Below the pieces are notes generated by a model, which was not told the origin of the DNA, searched no databases, and saw nothing but the letters and a program-made list of their open reading frames with translations. A stretch of 64,000 nucleotides of DNA from an uncultured Fidelibacterota bacterium. GTDB taxonomy: Bacteria; Fidelibacterota; Marinisomatia; Marinisomatales; UBA1611. This document shows, piece by piece, positions 8,955 through 20,740 of this stretch (the first letter of the stretch is position 1; the number at the start of each line of letters is the position of its first letter). Made by a program: the position numbers and the translations under genes. The stretch is from positions 32,001 to 96,000 of the forward strand of contig CAJWHW010000001.1 in NCBI GenBank assembly GCA_913040915.1, read 5' to 3'.

Positions 8955-9737
8955 ATGCACGAATGGGTTTTATTACTGGGTGGATCAACTGGACACGGTG
9001 CTGCCACTGCAAAGCGCTTAGCAAAAGATGGTTATGGAATCATCGCATTTCATTTTGATCGAGGTGAAGCGAAAAAAATCGCAGAGGAAACAATTAATGA
9101 GGTAAACGAACTCACAAAGGGTTACTGTCATTATTTTAACACAAATGCTGCAGCTCCAGAAACAATTGAAAAATATTTACCCCAAATCAAAGAAATCACT
9201 AGGAATAAACCATTAAAATTATTACTCCATTCGATCGCTTTCGGGACAACAACAAATTTTTTTGGGAAAAAACCTGTTACTCAGCGTCAAATGGATATGA
9301 CTGTACATGTCATGGGTAATTCTATTCTATACTGGACACAGCAATTATACAATCAGGCATTACTGGAAAAAGGCTCACGGGTGATTGGATTAACAAGTGA
9401 AGGAAACTATGTTGCAATGGAAGGTTACGGTCCTGTAAGTGTTGCGAAAGTTGCCATGGAAGCGATCATTAGGCAAATTGGATGGGAACTTGGACAATAT
9501 GGTATTACAGCGAATGCTGTCCAGGCAGGTGTAACCCCCACTCGTGCATTAACAAAAATAACAGAAGGTTGGGAAACTTGGGTGGAGAATACAAAAAAAC
9601 GAAACCCAATGCGTAGAACAACAACTCCAGAAGATGTAGCAGGCACAATATCCATGTTATTAAAGCCTGAAGCTGATTTTATTAATTGTTCTATTATATA
9701 TTGTGATGGCGGTGAGAGTCGATCTGGGTCATTTTAA
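8955..9737 (+). CDS. Enoyl-ACP reductase-like SDR (FabL/FabI type)
   Basis: GGSTGHG, HSIAFG, TSEG, Y-x6-K (YGPVSVAK), TANAVQAGVT.T.AL, NPMRR.TTPEDVA. GGAG RBS precedes ATG 8955. Confidence 0.8.
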   Translation: MHEWVLLLGGSTGHGAATAKRLAKDGYGIIAFHFDRGEAKKIAEETINEVNELTKGYCHYFNTNAAAPETIEKYLPQIKEITRNKPLKLLLHSIAFGTTTNFFGKKPVTQRQMDMTVHVMGNSILYWTQQLYNQALLEKGSRVIGLTSEGNYVAMEGYGPVSVAKVAMEAIIRQIGWELGQYGITANAVQAGVTPTRALTKITEGWETWVENTKKRNPMRRTTTPEDVAGTISMLLKPEADFINCSIIYCDGGESRSGSF

Positions 9738-9835
9738 CAACAAAAATTGCAGTTAGAAAATCCGGGTAGACTGGTGCTTATATATTACTATAAGTGGTAA
9801 TTACAAAATGTAATAATTAGAAGCGAAACGAAAGA

Positions 9836-10216
9836 CTAAGAATCTGTGTCTTGGGCTAATTTTGTTTCAATTAATCCAACGAGATCATGACTGTCTTTAC
9901 CAGGGGCAATATCAAAACTTCGTTTTGCTTCATTGAGTGCATACTCCCACCAACCTTTTTTTGTATATGCTATGGCTAGCTTGAAATGTGCATTACCCAG
10001 GATTTTAAATTCATCTCTGGTCAATTGACTTTGATCTCCTGAGAAAAGCCTTGCAACTTCACGATATTCCATAATGGCTTCATCAATGAGACCTTTTTGT
10101 AAATACCAATTTCCAAGATTTAGATGCCGTGAAGGATCTTCCTGGCAAGCATTAATAAATAGCGCAAGACAGGCAGGAAGAATTATTCTAACATGACGGG
10201 AAATTAAATGAATCAT
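9836..10216 (-). CDS. Small TPR-repeat lipoprotein
   Basis: Lipobox-like INAC; TPR helices HLNLGNWYLQKG..DEAI.EY and AHFKLAIAY.KKG...AL..AKR. Confidence 0.75.
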   Translation of the reverse strand: MIHLISRHVRIILPACLALFINACQEDPSRHLNLGNWYLQKGLIDEAIMEYREVARLFSGDQSQLTRDEFKILGNAHFKLAIAYTKKGWWEYALNEAKRSFDIAPGKDSHDLVGLIETKLAQDTDS

Positions 10217-10253
10217 AATTGATCAGGAATTTTTAGCTCTACCTTGTAGAAAA

Positions 10254-11543
10254 TCAAGTAGAAAATCTATCCAAATAAATTAGTTGATTTTTATCATGGT
10301 TTGGATCTTTAACTAGAAACTGAAGTAATATTATCCCAATAAATAAACTACTACCTAAAATTGCTAATGCAGTTTCGTATTGTCCAAATTGAATCAAATA
10401 ACCAATTCCCACAATATAAGCTAAAACAAATGGAGCCAATAGTGTATCCACCAGACCCATATAAATTTTGGTATCTCTATTTTCAGCAAAATCATAAATT
10501 AAATTCATTGCGGAAGGCATAAATGCACCTTGTCCAATACCAATGAATATAAATATACCATATACCCATATCATATTTTGAGCAAAGATGGCAAGAATTA
10601 CAGCTAAAAAATGGCCCAAATATGCAACCATCATCGCGGATTTATGGCCATATTCATCACCTAATTTTCCTGCAAGAAAACTGGCCAAGGACGCTGCCAA
10701 AACATTTAAAATAGTGAAAACTCCAGCCTCACTAATATCAAATTCAAAACGATCTTGGCAATAAACAGCGTAAAGACCCATTCCTGGTAAACAAGCTGTA
10801 TAAAATATTCTGGACAAAATATAATTTTGAAAATTTTGATGTTTCAAAATAATGATAAAGGTTTCCTGAATAAAATTTCGCACCGTTTTATAGGATTTAT
10901 TGATTTTTTTCGACTTAACTCGAAAAGGAATAAAAAGAATTGTTCCAATGGTGAGGGATATAAATAAAGTCATAAATCCAATACCAAAATTTTGTGGAAA
11001 ATGAATATTACTATTTAATAGATATCGCAATGCAAATCCACCAATGAAACTTCCTATACTATGAAAAGCAAATCCTAGACCAAAAAATTTTCCACGTTCA
11101 GATTTAAGAGTGCTTTGATTTAAGAAGTCAGCCCAGATTGGCACAACAATTCCAATGGAAAAAGCATAAATTAAAAAATAAAAAAAATAAATTTTCCAAG
11201 CAATTGTAGCCGTATCCAGAACACTAAAACAAAAAGTATAACCCATGGCGAAAGTCACAATTAAAATAAAACCATGTGCTAAAATAACAGCTTTTTTTAT
11301 ATTAATAATGTTACGTCCTATTGCAGCAATAAAAAGCATTGGAATTGCTATCAGTAAACTAAATATTCCTGGTGTTGAGACGATTAAACTTTCAGGTGCA
11401 CCCAGTTCTCTTAAAAATAATGGCACTATAGCGTAAATAGTATGGAATGCCAATCCAAAACCCCAGAAAAATTCGTGAGCTAAATTATATTTTAAATTAT
11501 GTTGATGGTCGCTTGATGTGAATTCAGGCATTGGTTTTTTCAT
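10254..11543 (-). CDS. MFS transporter
   Basis: ~12 TM helices, RGKFFG, GKLGDEYGHK motif. Confidence 0.85.
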   Translation of the reverse strand: MKKPMPEFTSSDHQHNLKYNLAHEFFWGFGLAFHTIYAIVPLFLRELGAPESLIVSTPGIFSLLIAIPMLFIAAIGRNIINIKKAVILAHGFILIVTFAMGYTFCFSVLDTATIAWKIYFFYFLIYAFSIGIVVPIWADFLNQSTLKSERGKFFGLGFAFHSIGSFIGGFALRYLLNSNIHFPQNFGIGFMTLFISLTIGTILFIPFRVKSKKINKSYKTVRNFIQETFIIILKHQNFQNYILSRIFYTACLPGMGLYAVYCQDRFEFDISEAGVFTILNVLAASLASFLAGKLGDEYGHKSAMMVAYLGHFLAVILAIFAQNMIWVYGIFIFIGIGQGAFMPSAMNLIYDFAENRDTKIYMGLVDTLLAPFVLAYIVGIGYLIQFGQYETALAILGSSLFIGIILLQFLVKDPNHDKNQLIYLDRFST

Positions 11544-12420
11544 GAGTAAGAAGGACTATAGAGCCAAGGAGCAAACCTGCACCAATTAACTGGGATAAAC
11601 TGAGCAATTTATCAAAAATGGCCCAATCAAGAATAACAGCAGAAAGAGGCCACATGAGTTCATACAACGTAGTATGAGAAGCTGGGAGATATTTAAGGCC
11701 ATAATAATAAATGAAAAGAGCACCACCGCCAGTAGAGATAACTATTATAAGTAAATTTCTCCATTGACTAATCGTCAGGTCTAAAGTGATTTGATCTCCG
11801 ATAGTAGAAGTTAAAATAATCAATGCTACTACTGCAGTTACAGTAAGCCTCAAAGCAGTAACTGCTGTAAAAGGTAGCTGACTTAATGCGTGTTTGCCTA
11901 ATACAGTTGAACTGCCCCAACTAAAAGCAGCTAAAGTTGCTAATAGTGCCGCAATACTTGTTTTCTCTTCCCAATCACTTATTGTATTAGTACCAAAGGT
12001 AACAAGATACCCACCAAACATAGCAACCAGAGCAAGACCAATAAAACGCTGAGATAATTTTTCCTTTAAAATTATAGAGGCTAGAGAAATAGCAAACAAA
12101 GGTTGAAGTTTTTGAAGCAGAACCACCACTGAAAGATTTATATAATTCACATAGCTTAAAGCTTTGGTGTAGAAGAATGTACCAAGAATCCCTCCACATA
12201 CTGAGATCCATAGAATAGAAAGCCATCCTCTCTGCCCCAATGTTTTTATTTCCGGCAAGGCCTTAATAAGAAATGGTAAAAATAACAGGGCTCCTAAAAA
12301 ATGTTCTAAGGTTACAATTAAAAAAGAAGATACAGAGTAGAGTTCTTGTCTTAGTAATCCATCAACGCTCCAAAGTAAGGCAGCAAAGATGACGGCCAAC
12401 GGAGGAAGTATTTTTCGCAT
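11524..12420 (-). CDS. DMT/EamA family transporter
   Basis: 10 TM helices in two repeats, AALLWS, LQKLQPLF, LKEKL, YYYGLK. Confidence 0.88.
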   Translation of the reverse strand: MRKILPPLAVIFAALLWSVDGLLRQELYSVSSFLIVTLEHFLGALLFLPFLIKALPEIKTLGQRGWLSILWISVCGGILGTFFYTKALSYVNYINLSVVVLLQKLQPLFAISLASIILKEKLSQRFIGLALVAMFGGYLVTFGTNTISDWEEKTSIAALLATLAAFSWGSSTVLGKHALSQLPFTAVTALRLTVTAVVALIILTSTIGDQITLDLTISQWRNLLIIVISTGGGALFIYYYGLKYLPASHTTLYELMWPLSAVILDWAIFDKLLSLSQLIGAGLLLGSIVLLTHEKTNA

Positions 12421-12655
12421 TATTAAAATTAGGATTAAAATTGACTGGAATGTTGAGATTATTCCATTAGCATGTTATAGTACAATAAATAAAAGTATTA
12501 TATCTACCTTTTTCATTTGAGGAAAATTAATTCCAAAAAGGAGAAACTGATTTTTCATATACTGCGCCATTTGAATTGCATTATCCTCATTTGCATTATG
12601 TTTAAGTAGTTATGTGAGCTGATCAATATGCAATAGATCAGTTGGCATTTTATTT

Positions 12656-13210
12656 TCAAGCCTGTCCGCCGATGCCCATGGATGGGCCAAGATCTATTCC
12701 TAATGAACCTGCTGCCTGCTGCCACATTTGTCCTGGTTGTACATTAAAAACAAAATCTGGAGTAGTTGATTGCATAAGCCAATCCCCATTTTCAATCTCA
12801 CGTTCTAATTGTCCAGGAGACCAACCGGAGTGTCCAAGCATTAATTTAAATAAAATGTCCGGTTTATTTTGTAGTTCTCTTAAAACATATTTTTGGGATG
12901 TCATAGAAAATTCCTTGGAGAGGCGTATGGTTCCATTGACCTTGTATTCTGCACTATGGAGGACAATTCCTCGTTCAAGTAATACTGGACCGCCAAAGAA
13001 AACTTCGCTTACAAGTGAATTAATGCTATCATCTCCAATATATAATTTTTCAAAAATATCAATCAGATCTGGCTCTTTAAACTGCTTATTAATAATAATA
13101 CCCATTGCGCCCTCTTTATTATGTTCACAAATGTAAATTACAGATTTAGAAAAATATGGATCAGACATATGAGGCATGGAGATAAGGATTTGGTTTTTTA
13201 GAGATCCCAT
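12656..13210 (-). CDS. YqgE/AlgH family protein
   Basis: LISMPHMSDPYFSKSVIYICEH..EGAMGIIINK, GGPV, GHSGWSPGQLEREI..GDW. Confidence 0.93.
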   Translation of the reverse strand: MGSLKNQILISMPHMSDPYFSKSVIYICEHNKEGAMGIIINKQFKEPDLIDIFEKLYIGDDSINSLVSEVFFGGPVLLERGIVLHSAEYKVNGTIRLSKEFSMTSQKYVLRELQNKPDILFKLMLGHSGWSPGQLEREIENGDWLMQSTTPDFVFNVQPGQMWQQAAGSLGIDLGPSMGIGGQA

Positions 13211-13215
13211 GTCTC

Positions 13216-13244
13216 AACCTAACGAATCTGATAACCTGAGTCAA
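13216..13244 (-). promoter_or_regulatory. Putative sigma70 promoter giving a leaderless yqgE transcript
   Basis: TTGACT-N17-TAGGTT, then only 5 nt (GAGAC) before ATG 13210. Confidence 0.5.
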
Positions 13245-13281
13245 GTAAATGCATCAGTAGACTCCTTTGAAGAAATGTAAA

Positions 13282-13317
13282 TGATCTTTGGGGCTAAAGA
13301 TCAAATTTCTGTAAATT
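13282..13317 (+). promoter_or_regulatory. Inverted repeat (candidate operator) overlapping a possible uvrA promoter
   Basis: TGATCTTT-N6-AAAGATCA at 13282-13303; TTGGGG-N18-TAAATT overlaps it. Confidence 0.4.
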
Positions 13318-13360
13318 TTACGATGCTCGAAATTTCTACAAATTTAAATGTCTAAATGTT

Positions 13361-16204
13361 ATGTCAACTCGAATAAATAAGATCATTGTTAAGGGCGCTC
13401 GCCAACATAACTTAAAAAATATCAATATAGAAATTCCTAGAGATAAACTAGTAGTTATTACGGGTCTTTCCGGATCAGGAAAATCATCTCTGGCTTTTGA
13501 TACGATCTATGCAGAGGGTCAAAGGCGATATGTTGAATCTCTTTCTTCCTATGCCCGGCAATTCTTGGGTCTCATGGAAAAACCTGATATGGATGCCATC
13601 GAAGGTTTATCGCCAGCAATTTCTATAGAACAAAAAGCAACAGCCCGAAATCCACGTTCAACAGTCGGCACTGTAACAGAAATTCATGATTATCTCAGAC
13701 TTTTATATGCCCATATTGGTAAACCACATTGTTGGGATTGTGGTAAGCGCATTCAAAAACAAACAGTACAGCAAATTGTAGATACTATAAGTAAGTTTAA
13801 GTCTGGCACCAAAATGCACATTCTTGCTCCGCTGGTTCGAGGTCGAAAAGGTCAGCACAAAGGAATTATTGAAGAAATCAAAAAGGATGGTTTTTTACGC
13901 GTTAGGGTCGATGGTAACATTATGACAGTAGATGATAAGATCATACTAAACAAAAATAAAAAACACACGATCGAAGTGGTTGTAGATCGTCTCATTATGA
14001 AAAAAGGAATCCATGATCGGCTTACAGAATCTATCGAATTAGCTTTAAAAATTGGCAAAGGGCTAATTATGGTAAATGAGTTACCAAATAAAAAACATTT
14101 ATTTTCAGAGCATTTTGCATGTCCGGATTGTGAGCTATCTATGGAAGAGTTGGTGCCAAGGATGTTTTCCTTTAATTCACCCTATGGTGCATGCTCAAAA
14201 TGTGATGGTCTCGGATCCCATATGGAAGTGGACCCAAATCTTGTTGTACCCGATAAATCTAAAAGTTTAATTCAGGGAGCTATTGCTCCGTTAGGGGAAC
14301 AGCCTCGCGGAAATTGGTACGGCAGTATTCTGAAGAGTTTATCACGCCATTATAATTTTAATTTTACGACACCTTGGATTAAAATGAATAAGGACATACG
14401 GCAAGTTTTACTGTACGGTACCGGAGATCATAAGTTTAAAATGCAGTATAACTCTGAGCGATGGAGTGGTACTTATACAGGAGGTTGGGAGGGAGCAATC
14501 AATAATTTAATGCGGCGATATACTCAAACTAAATCAACGGGAATTCAAGAATGGATCGAGCAATTTATGAGTATGCGACCTTGTTCTGATTGTGGTGGAG
14601 CAAGGCTAAAAAAAGAAATATTAAGTGTCAAAATTTATGATAAAGATATCGGTGATATTTCATCTATGTCTATTCAGGATTTGAGTGCTTTCTTTAGGCA
14701 ATTAAGCTTAACCAAAATGGAACAAGAAATTGCAAATCAAATTTTAAAAGAAGTTCAACAACGACTTTTATTTTTAGTCAATGTAGGTTTAAGCTATCTG
14801 ACATTAGATCGAGCTGCAGCAACTTTATCTGGCGGAGAAGCCCAACGAATTCGTCTTGCTACTCAAATTGGTTCTCAACTAATGGGGGTACTCTATATTT
14901 TGGATGAACCATCAATCGGTCTACATCCTCGAGATAATAATCGTCTCTTAAATACATTAAAGTCATTACGAGACATTGGTAATTCAATTCTTATAGTTGA
15001 GCATGATCAGGAAACAATTGAAGAAGCAGATTATGTGATAGATCTAGGCCCTGGTGCCGGCAAGTATGGTGGGGAAGTTACATTTGCGGGACCACCAAAT
15101 AGGCTAGTGAAATCTAAAAAGTCGTTAACTGGGCAATATATTTCAGGAAAAAAACAAATACAGTTGCCCAAAATTCGACGTACTTACGTTACCAATACAT
15201 TATCTTTGAAAGGTGCGTCTGGAAATAATTTAAAATCTATTAATGTTGATTTACCGTTGGGGCGGTTTATTGCTGTAACAGGTGTTTCAGGTAGTGGTAA
15301 AAGCACGCTAGTGAATGAAACATTATTCCCTCTTTTGTCCAAAGAATTGAATCGGGCCAGAGCTTATCCATTGGCCTATGATGAAATTGATGGTATTCAT
15401 TATTTAGATAAGGTAGTAAACATAGACCAAAAGCCCATCGGTCGTACCCCGCGATCAAACCCAGCTACATACACAGGTGTTTTCAACTTCATTCGTGATT
15501 TATTTGCTAAACTGCCTGAATCAAAAATTCGCGGGTATAAACCTGGTCGATTTTCGTTTAATGTAAAAGGTGGGCGTTGTGAATCTTGTGAAGGAGATGG
15601 TATTATTCGTATCGAAATGAATTTTCTCCCGGATGTTTATGTGACATGTGAAATCTGCAAGGGGAAACGATACAATCGAGAAACACTGGAGATAAAATAT
15701 AGAAGTAAGTCTATCGCAGAAGTATTGGAAATGCCTGTGTCAGAAGCATTAAAATTTTTTCAAAACATACCATCTATCCAGAAAAAACTTCAAACTTTAC
15801 ATGATGTCGGTTTAGGATATATTCATTTAGGACAACAGGCCACCACTCTTTCCGGCGGAGAGGCGCAAAGGGTAAAACTGGCCACAGAACTGTGCAGAAT
15901 ATCCAATGCAAAAACACTTTATATTTTGGATGAGCCCACTACTGGTTTACATTTTGAAGATATTAGAATGTTGCTGGATGTCTTGCAACGATTAGTGGAA
16001 CGAGGCAATACGGTGTTGGTAATTGAACATAATCTGGATGTCATAAAAACAGCTGATTGGATTATTGATCTTGGTCCCGAAGGCGGTGAAGGTGGAGGTG
16101 AAGTATTAGGAGCTGGTACTCCTGAAGCAATTGCACAGATAAAAAGTTCGCATACAGGAGTATTTTTAAAACAAATATTAAAAAAGAAACACCTTGCAGC
16201 ATGA
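13361..16204 (+). CDS. uvrA: Excinuclease ABC subunit A
   Basis: Two ABC modules ([26 protein letters not shown] x2), zinc fingers, 947 aa. Confidence 0.99.
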   Translation: MSTRINKIIVKGARQHNLKNINIEIPRDKLVVITGLSGSGKSSLAFDTIYAEGQRRYVESLSSYARQFLGLMEKPDMDAIEGLSPAISIEQKATARNPRSTVGTVTEIHDYLRLLYAHIGKPHCWDCGKRIQKQTVQQIVDTISKFKSGTKMHILAPLVRGRKGQHKGIIEEIKKDGFLRVRVDGNIMTVDDKIILNKNKKHTIEVVVDRLIMKKGIHDRLTESIELALKIGKGLIMVNELPNKKHLFSEHFACPDCELSMEELVPRMFSFNSPYGACSKCDGLGSHMEVDPNLVVPDKSKSLIQGAIAPLGEQPRGNWYGSILKSLSRHYNFNFTTPWIKMNKDIRQVLLYGTGDHKFKMQYNSERWSGTYTGGWEGAINNLMRRYTQTKSTGIQEWIEQFMSMRPCSDCGGARLKKEILSVKIYDKDIGDISSMSIQDLSAFFRQLSLTKMEQEIANQILKEVQQRLLFLVNVGLSYLTLDRAAATLSGGEAQRIRLATQIGSQLMGVLYILDEPSIGLHPRDNNRLLNTLKSLRDIGNSILIVEHDQETIEEADYVIDLGPGAGKYGGEVTFAGPPNRLVKSKKSLTGQYISGKKQIQLPKIRRTYVTNTLSLKGASGNNLKSINVDLPLGRFIAVTGVSGSGKSTLVNETLFPLLSKELNRARAYPLAYDEIDGIHYLDKVVNIDQKPIGRTPRSNPATYTGVFNFIRDLFAKLPESKIRGYKPGRFSFNVKGGRCESCEGDGIIRIEMNFLPDVYVTCEICKGKRYNRETLEIKYRSKSIAEVLEMPVSEALKFFQNIPSIQKKLQTLHDVGLGYIHLGQQATTLSGGEAQRVKLATELCRISNAKTLYILDEPTTGLHFEDIRMLLDVLQRLVERGNTVLVIEHNLDVIKTADWIIDLGPEGGEGGGEVLGAGTPEAIAQIKSSHTGVFLKQILKKKHLAA

Positions 16205-18522
16205 AATCACCAACTGAGCTTTGTAACGATTTCCAATATTGGGAAATGACAAAAGACTTAATTGATCAGTGTATCGATATCATGTTGAATCTGCGACAGA
16301 GCGGTCACCCCGGTGGATCTAGATCAAAAGTTCATGCTATGGTTGCGACTTTATTATCCGGCGCGATGCGATGGGACATCCGTGAGCCAGGCAAAAGATT
16401 TGCAGATCGTTATGTATTGGTAGCAGGCCACTGTAATCCTGTGGTATATGCAACTTTGGCTGTTCTGAATGAAGCCTTACGAATTAAACATCGTCAAACT
16501 AATGATGCAAAATATTTAAATTTTCAAGGTGAAGGTTTCCAACTTGTTTGGGAAGATTTACTCACTTTGCGGCAAAGTGGTGGCCTCCCTGGCCATGCAG
16601 AAATGGAAGGAAAAACATTATTTTTTAAAGCCAATACTGGTCCTAGTGGGCATGGTTCTCCTTTTGCTGCTGGCGAAGCATTAGCGTTGAAATTTGCTAA
16701 TACTTCTGATGTGAAAGTATTTGCATTTGAAGGAGAAGGTGGATTCACAACAGGCGCAAGTCACGAGACCATTAATTCTGCATGGGGACTGGGTTTGGGT
16801 AATTTAGTTTATTTCATGGATTGGAATGATTTTGGTATTGATAATCGTCCCTTTAGTTCTATTATGTATGGTGGGCCTGATGAATGGTTTGGCTCCCATG
16901 GCTGGCATGTGGAAGGAACGGAAGATGGTGAAAACTGGGAACAATTAATAGAGGCATATTACAAATTGTTGGTAAAAAATGCCGATCCTAATGTGCCAAA
17001 AGTGATTTACAGTAAAACACGAAAAGGTCGTGGTTATTACATGTATGATAATAAGAGCCATGGAACCGCACATAAGCGGAACTCGGATCTATTTTGGAAA
17101 ACAAAAGAAGATTTTTCAATAAAATATAACCTTCAGTTTGATGGTTTTGGTGATGCTGCTGCTCATACCTGGGAAGGGCAACTAGACCAAGCCTACGCTA
17201 TGTTTGAAACAGTTTTTACTGTGATGAAAAATAACCAGAATTATGTGGATTATTTATCCAGTAGATTAGTGGAGCTGGGGGAATCAGTCCCTGATCAAAA
17301 TGATCAGTGTAAAATCGGTGTAAAGAACCCCTGCAATGATCCTGATCTCTTTAATGTAGATGCATTACCACCAGAGCTCTTTGTAGCACCGGGAGTTAAA
17401 GCTCCTAATCGTATTGGTTTTTCTAAATATGCCAGTTATATCAATACAATTTCAGAACAAAAGTATGGCCGACCCTTGGTTTTGGCTATGAGTGCTGACT
17501 TGGCAGATTCCACCAATATTTCAGGATTTGCAAAAGGATATAATGGCGTTGAAGATAAAGCACTTTTTGATAAACTTTCCAATAAGGATAGTCCGTTATT
17601 TCCACAAGGTATCACAGAATTCACCAACGCAGGAATGATGGCTGGTGCCGCTACTGTAAACTTCAATGAAAATACCTATGATGAATTCAACGGCTTTTAT
17701 GGTGCCACTAGCACCTACGGTTCATTTAGCTATCTTAAATATGGCCCCCTTCGTTTGTTTAGTCAAATCGCTCAAGATTCCGATTTGAAAGTTGGGAAGA
17801 TTATTTGGGTAGCAGGTCACTCTGGACCTGAAACTGCAGAAGATAGCCGCACGCATTTTGGTATTTATGCTCCTGGTGTGACTCAATTGATGCCAGATGG
17901 ACATATAATTAATCTTCACCCATGGGAACATAATGAAGTTGCCCCTTGCTTAGCTGCGGCACTTAGCACGGATGTTCCTTTGATTGTACTCCATTTGACA
18001 CGTCCCCCAGTGATTATTCCAAACCGTGAAGCCATAGACATTGCATCTCATTTAGATGCTGCGAAGGGTGCTTACATTATAAAAAACTATGATGAAGACA
18101 GCCCAAAAGAAGGAGTGGTTTTTGTTCGTGGTACAAGTTCGACAAACTCTATAATGCAAATATTGCCAAGGCTCAGAACAGAAGGTCCCAATGTGAAAAT
18201 TATTGCTTCAATTAGCTGGGAATTATACATAAGACAATCTGAAGAATACAGAAATTCAATAATTTCTGAATCGGAATGGCATGATGCTATGATTATAACC
18301 AATGGAGCTAGAAGATTAATGCATAAATGGATTGCAAACCGACTGGTAGAAAAATACTCTATGGCACCTGACTTTGATAATCGCTGGCGAACAGGCGGCA
18401 GTTTAGAACAAATTATTGCAGAATCTAAATTAGACCCAGATAGCCTTTGGGAAGGCATTACGCGTTTTGCAAAAGATAGAAAATACCGATTGGATAAACT
18501 TCGGAAAGTAATCCCTTCATAA
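16201..18522 (+). CDS. Divergent single-chain transketolase-family ThDP enzyme
   Basis: [32 protein letters not shown]...DWN ThDP motif, SADLADS, GITEF, AEDSRTH; ATGA overlap with uvrA. Confidence 0.8.
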   Translation: MKSPTELCNDFQYWEMTKDLIDQCIDIMLNLRQSGHPGGSRSKVHAMVATLLSGAMRWDIREPGKRFADRYVLVAGHCNPVVYATLAVLNEALRIKHRQTNDAKYLNFQGEGFQLVWEDLLTLRQSGGLPGHAEMEGKTLFFKANTGPSGHGSPFAAGEALALKFANTSDVKVFAFEGEGGFTTGASHETINSAWGLGLGNLVYFMDWNDFGIDNRPFSSIMYGGPDEWFGSHGWHVEGTEDGENWEQLIEAYYKLLVKNADPNVPKVIYSKTRKGRGYYMYDNKSHGTAHKRNSDLFWKTKEDFSIKYNLQFDGFGDAAAHTWEGQLDQAYAMFETVFTVMKNNQNYVDYLSSRLVELGESVPDQNDQCKIGVKNPCNDPDLFNVDALPPELFVAPGVKAPNRIGFSKYASYINTISEQKYGRPLVLAMSADLADSTNISGFAKGYNGVEDKALFDKLSNKDSPLFPQGITEFTNAGMMAGAATVNFNENTYDEFNGFYGATSTYGSFSYLKYGPLRLFSQIAQDSDLKVGKIIWVAGHSGPETAEDSRTHFGIYAPGVTQLMPDGHIINLHPWEHNEVAPCLAAALSTDVPLIVLHLTRPPVIIPNREAIDIASHLDAAKGAYIIKNYDEDSPKEGVVFVRGTSSTNSIMQILPRLRTEGPNVKIIASISWELYIRQSEEYRNSIISESEWHDAMIITNGARRLMHKWIANRLVEKYSMAPDFDNRWRTGGSLEQIIAESKLDPDSLWEGITRFAKDRKYRLDKLRKVIPS

Positions 18523-18659
18523 TTATTTGTTTGTGCCTTTCTGCAAATATTGCAAATTAATAAAGATTGTTCACTTTTCTTTTCCTCCATCTTTACGTCG
18601 GCATTTTGAGATCGTATCTTTAGTGTCAGAATTACAGTGATTTACATACAATTTATCTG

Positions 18660-19682
18660 ATGACAGAGATACATATTACAGATCCAACTCCCTTCGATGA
18701 TGATATAGCGATTGAAAAATCTCTACGACCTTCCCAGTTTGATGAATTTATCGGGCAGAAAGAATTAGTTGATAATTTGAAACTTTACATAGAAGCAGCC
18801 AACAATCGCGGTGATGCATTAGACCATGTTTTACTATTTGGTCCGCCAGGGTTAGGCAAGACAACTTTAGCAAATATTGTATCTAAAGAACTGAAATCAA
18901 ACATAAAACAAGCTGCTGGCCCTGTAGTTGAGAGGGCCGGTGATCTTGCTGGCTTGATTACAAACCTTAGTTATCGGGATGTATTTTTTATTGATGAAAT
19001 TCATCGTCTCAACAATGTCGTCGAAGAATATCTTTATTCAGCTATGGAGGATTTTTCCATAGATATTATGATTGATAAGGGCCCCAGTGCTCGGAGTGTA
19101 CAGCTTACTATAGAGCCTTTTACCCTCATTGGTGCTACTACAAGACTAGGAAACTTAACATCCCCTCTTCGGGACAGATTTGGTGTTGTATTGCGGGTAA
19201 ATTATTATCGGCCTGAAGAATTATTCCATATTATTAATCGCTCAGCCGATATTTTAGAAGTTGATATTAATGATGATGGTGCAATGGAATTGGCGCGGCG
19301 ATCTCGCGGAACTCCACGAATAGCAAACCGCATTCTAAGACGGGCTCGAGATTTTGCACAGGTAAAGGCTTCTGGAAAAATTGATATAGATGTAGCGCAA
19401 GCGTCCTTGGCTAAATTGGGCATTGATAATATTGGACTTGATCATATGGATAGAAAAATCTTAGATGTAATGATTGATAAATTTAATGGTGGTCCAGTAG
19501 GTGTAAAATCTTTAGCAGTTGCAATTGGAGAAGACCCGTTAACGATAGAAGATGTTTATGAGCCATTTTTGATTAAAGAGGGATTTATAAATAGAACATC
19601 TAGAGGGAGAGTTGCTCAGGCAGCTGCATATAAATTATTAGGGAAAAAAATGATAAAAGACCAACAGGGGTTATTTGAATGA
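18660..19682 (+). CDS. ruvB: Holliday junction branch migration helicase
   Basis: [46 protein letters not shown]. Confidence 0.98.
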   Translation: MTEIHITDPTPFDDDIAIEKSLRPSQFDEFIGQKELVDNLKLYIEAANNRGDALDHVLLFGPPGLGKTTLANIVSKELKSNIKQAAGPVVERAGDLAGLITNLSYRDVFFIDEIHRLNNVVEEYLYSAMEDFSIDIMIDKGPSARSVQLTIEPFTLIGATTRLGNLTSPLRDRFGVVLRVNYYRPEELFHIINRSADILEVDINDDGAMELARRSRGTPRIANRILRRARDFAQVKASGKIDIDVAQASLAKLGIDNIGLDHMDRKILDVMIDKFNGGPVGVKSLAVAIGEDPLTIEDVYEPFLIKEGFINRTSRGRVAQAAAYKLLGKKMIKDQQGLFE

Positions 19683-20731
19683 TTGATAAAAAAAAGAAAT
19701 ATAAACTGGGTGATTTTAATTATCGCTTACCAAAAAATTTAATTGCTCAACATCCTCAATCCCGGCGGGATTATGCCAAGTTAATGGTTGTACATAGGGA
19801 TACAGGAAAAATTGAACATCGTAAATTCTTGAATGTGATTGATTACATGCGTAAAAACGATCTATTAATAGTGAATGATACTAAAGTTTTCCCAGCACGG
19901 TTATTTGCAAAAAAAGATAGAACTGAAGCAAAGGTAGAGGTTTTTTTGTTAAGGGAATTGGCTAATGATCTATGGGAAGTAATGGTTAAACCTGCCCGAA
20001 AAGTGCGGATTGGCAATAAGCTCATGTTCAATAAAAAACTCATGTGTGATGTAATCGATAATACAGTCTCAGGTGGCCGTGTTGTCCGTTTTGAATATGA
20101 TGGCAATAATTTCCATGAAGTAATTGATAAAATAGGTACTTCACCCCTTCCACCATACATTGATAGAGATGCCAATGTTCAGGATAAAAAACGTTATCAA
20201 ACAGTTTACGCTTCGAAACGTGGCGCTGTTGCTGCACCAACTGCTGGGATGCATTTTACCAATAGTTTGATTAAAAAAGCGGTAGACAAAGGTGTAAAAA
20301 TTGAAACAGTCACTCTTCATATAGGGTTAGGCTCATTTCGTCCAGTTCAAGTCGAGGATTTGAATCGTCATCAAATGGACTCAGAATATTTTGAAGTATC
20401 GCCTAAAACATCTATGGCTATTAATCAAGCAAGGAAACGGCATCGTCAAATTATTGCTATAGGAACATCTACTGTAAGAGCGCTTGAAACAATCGCTATT
20501 TCCGGTTTTCAGGTAACCCCTAAACGAGGCTGGACGGATAAATTCATTTATCCGCCATATGATTTTAAAATGGTAGATAAAATGGTTACTAACTTTCATA
20601 TGCCAAAATCTACTTTAATGATGATGGTAAGTGCTTTTGCAGGAAGAAAACTCATTAAAAAAGCATATAATGAGGCAAAGAAAAATGACTATCATTTCCT
20701 AAGCTATGGCGATGCCATGATTATGATTTAG
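19679..20731 (+). CDS. queA: S-adenosylmethionine:tRNA ribosyltransferase-isomerase
   Basis: [57 protein letters not shown]. Confidence 0.97.
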   Translation: MIDKKKKYKLGDFNYRLPKNLIAQHPQSRRDYAKLMVVHRDTGKIEHRKFLNVIDYMRKNDLLIVNDTKVFPARLFAKKDRTEAKVEVFLLRELANDLWEVMVKPARKVRIGNKLMFNKKLMCDVIDNTVSGGRVVRFEYDGNNFHEVIDKIGTSPLPPYIDRDANVQDKKRYQTVYASKRGAVAAPTAGMHFTNSLIKKAVDKGVKIETVTLHIGLGSFRPVQVEDLNRHQMDSEYFEVSPKTSMAINQARKRHRQIIAIGTSTVRALETIAISGFQVTPKRGWTDKFIYPPYDFKMVDKMVTNFHMPKSTLMMMVSAFAGRKLIKKAYNEAKKNDYHFLSYGDAMIMI

Positions 20732-20740
20732 AATCCTTTT

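Noticed and set aside
12477..12570. Possible 31-aa minus-strand leader peptide (MAQYMKNQFLLFG...) upstream of the DMT gene
   Set aside because: The SD is too distant, there is no telling codon run or attenuator, and such ORFs are expected by chance.
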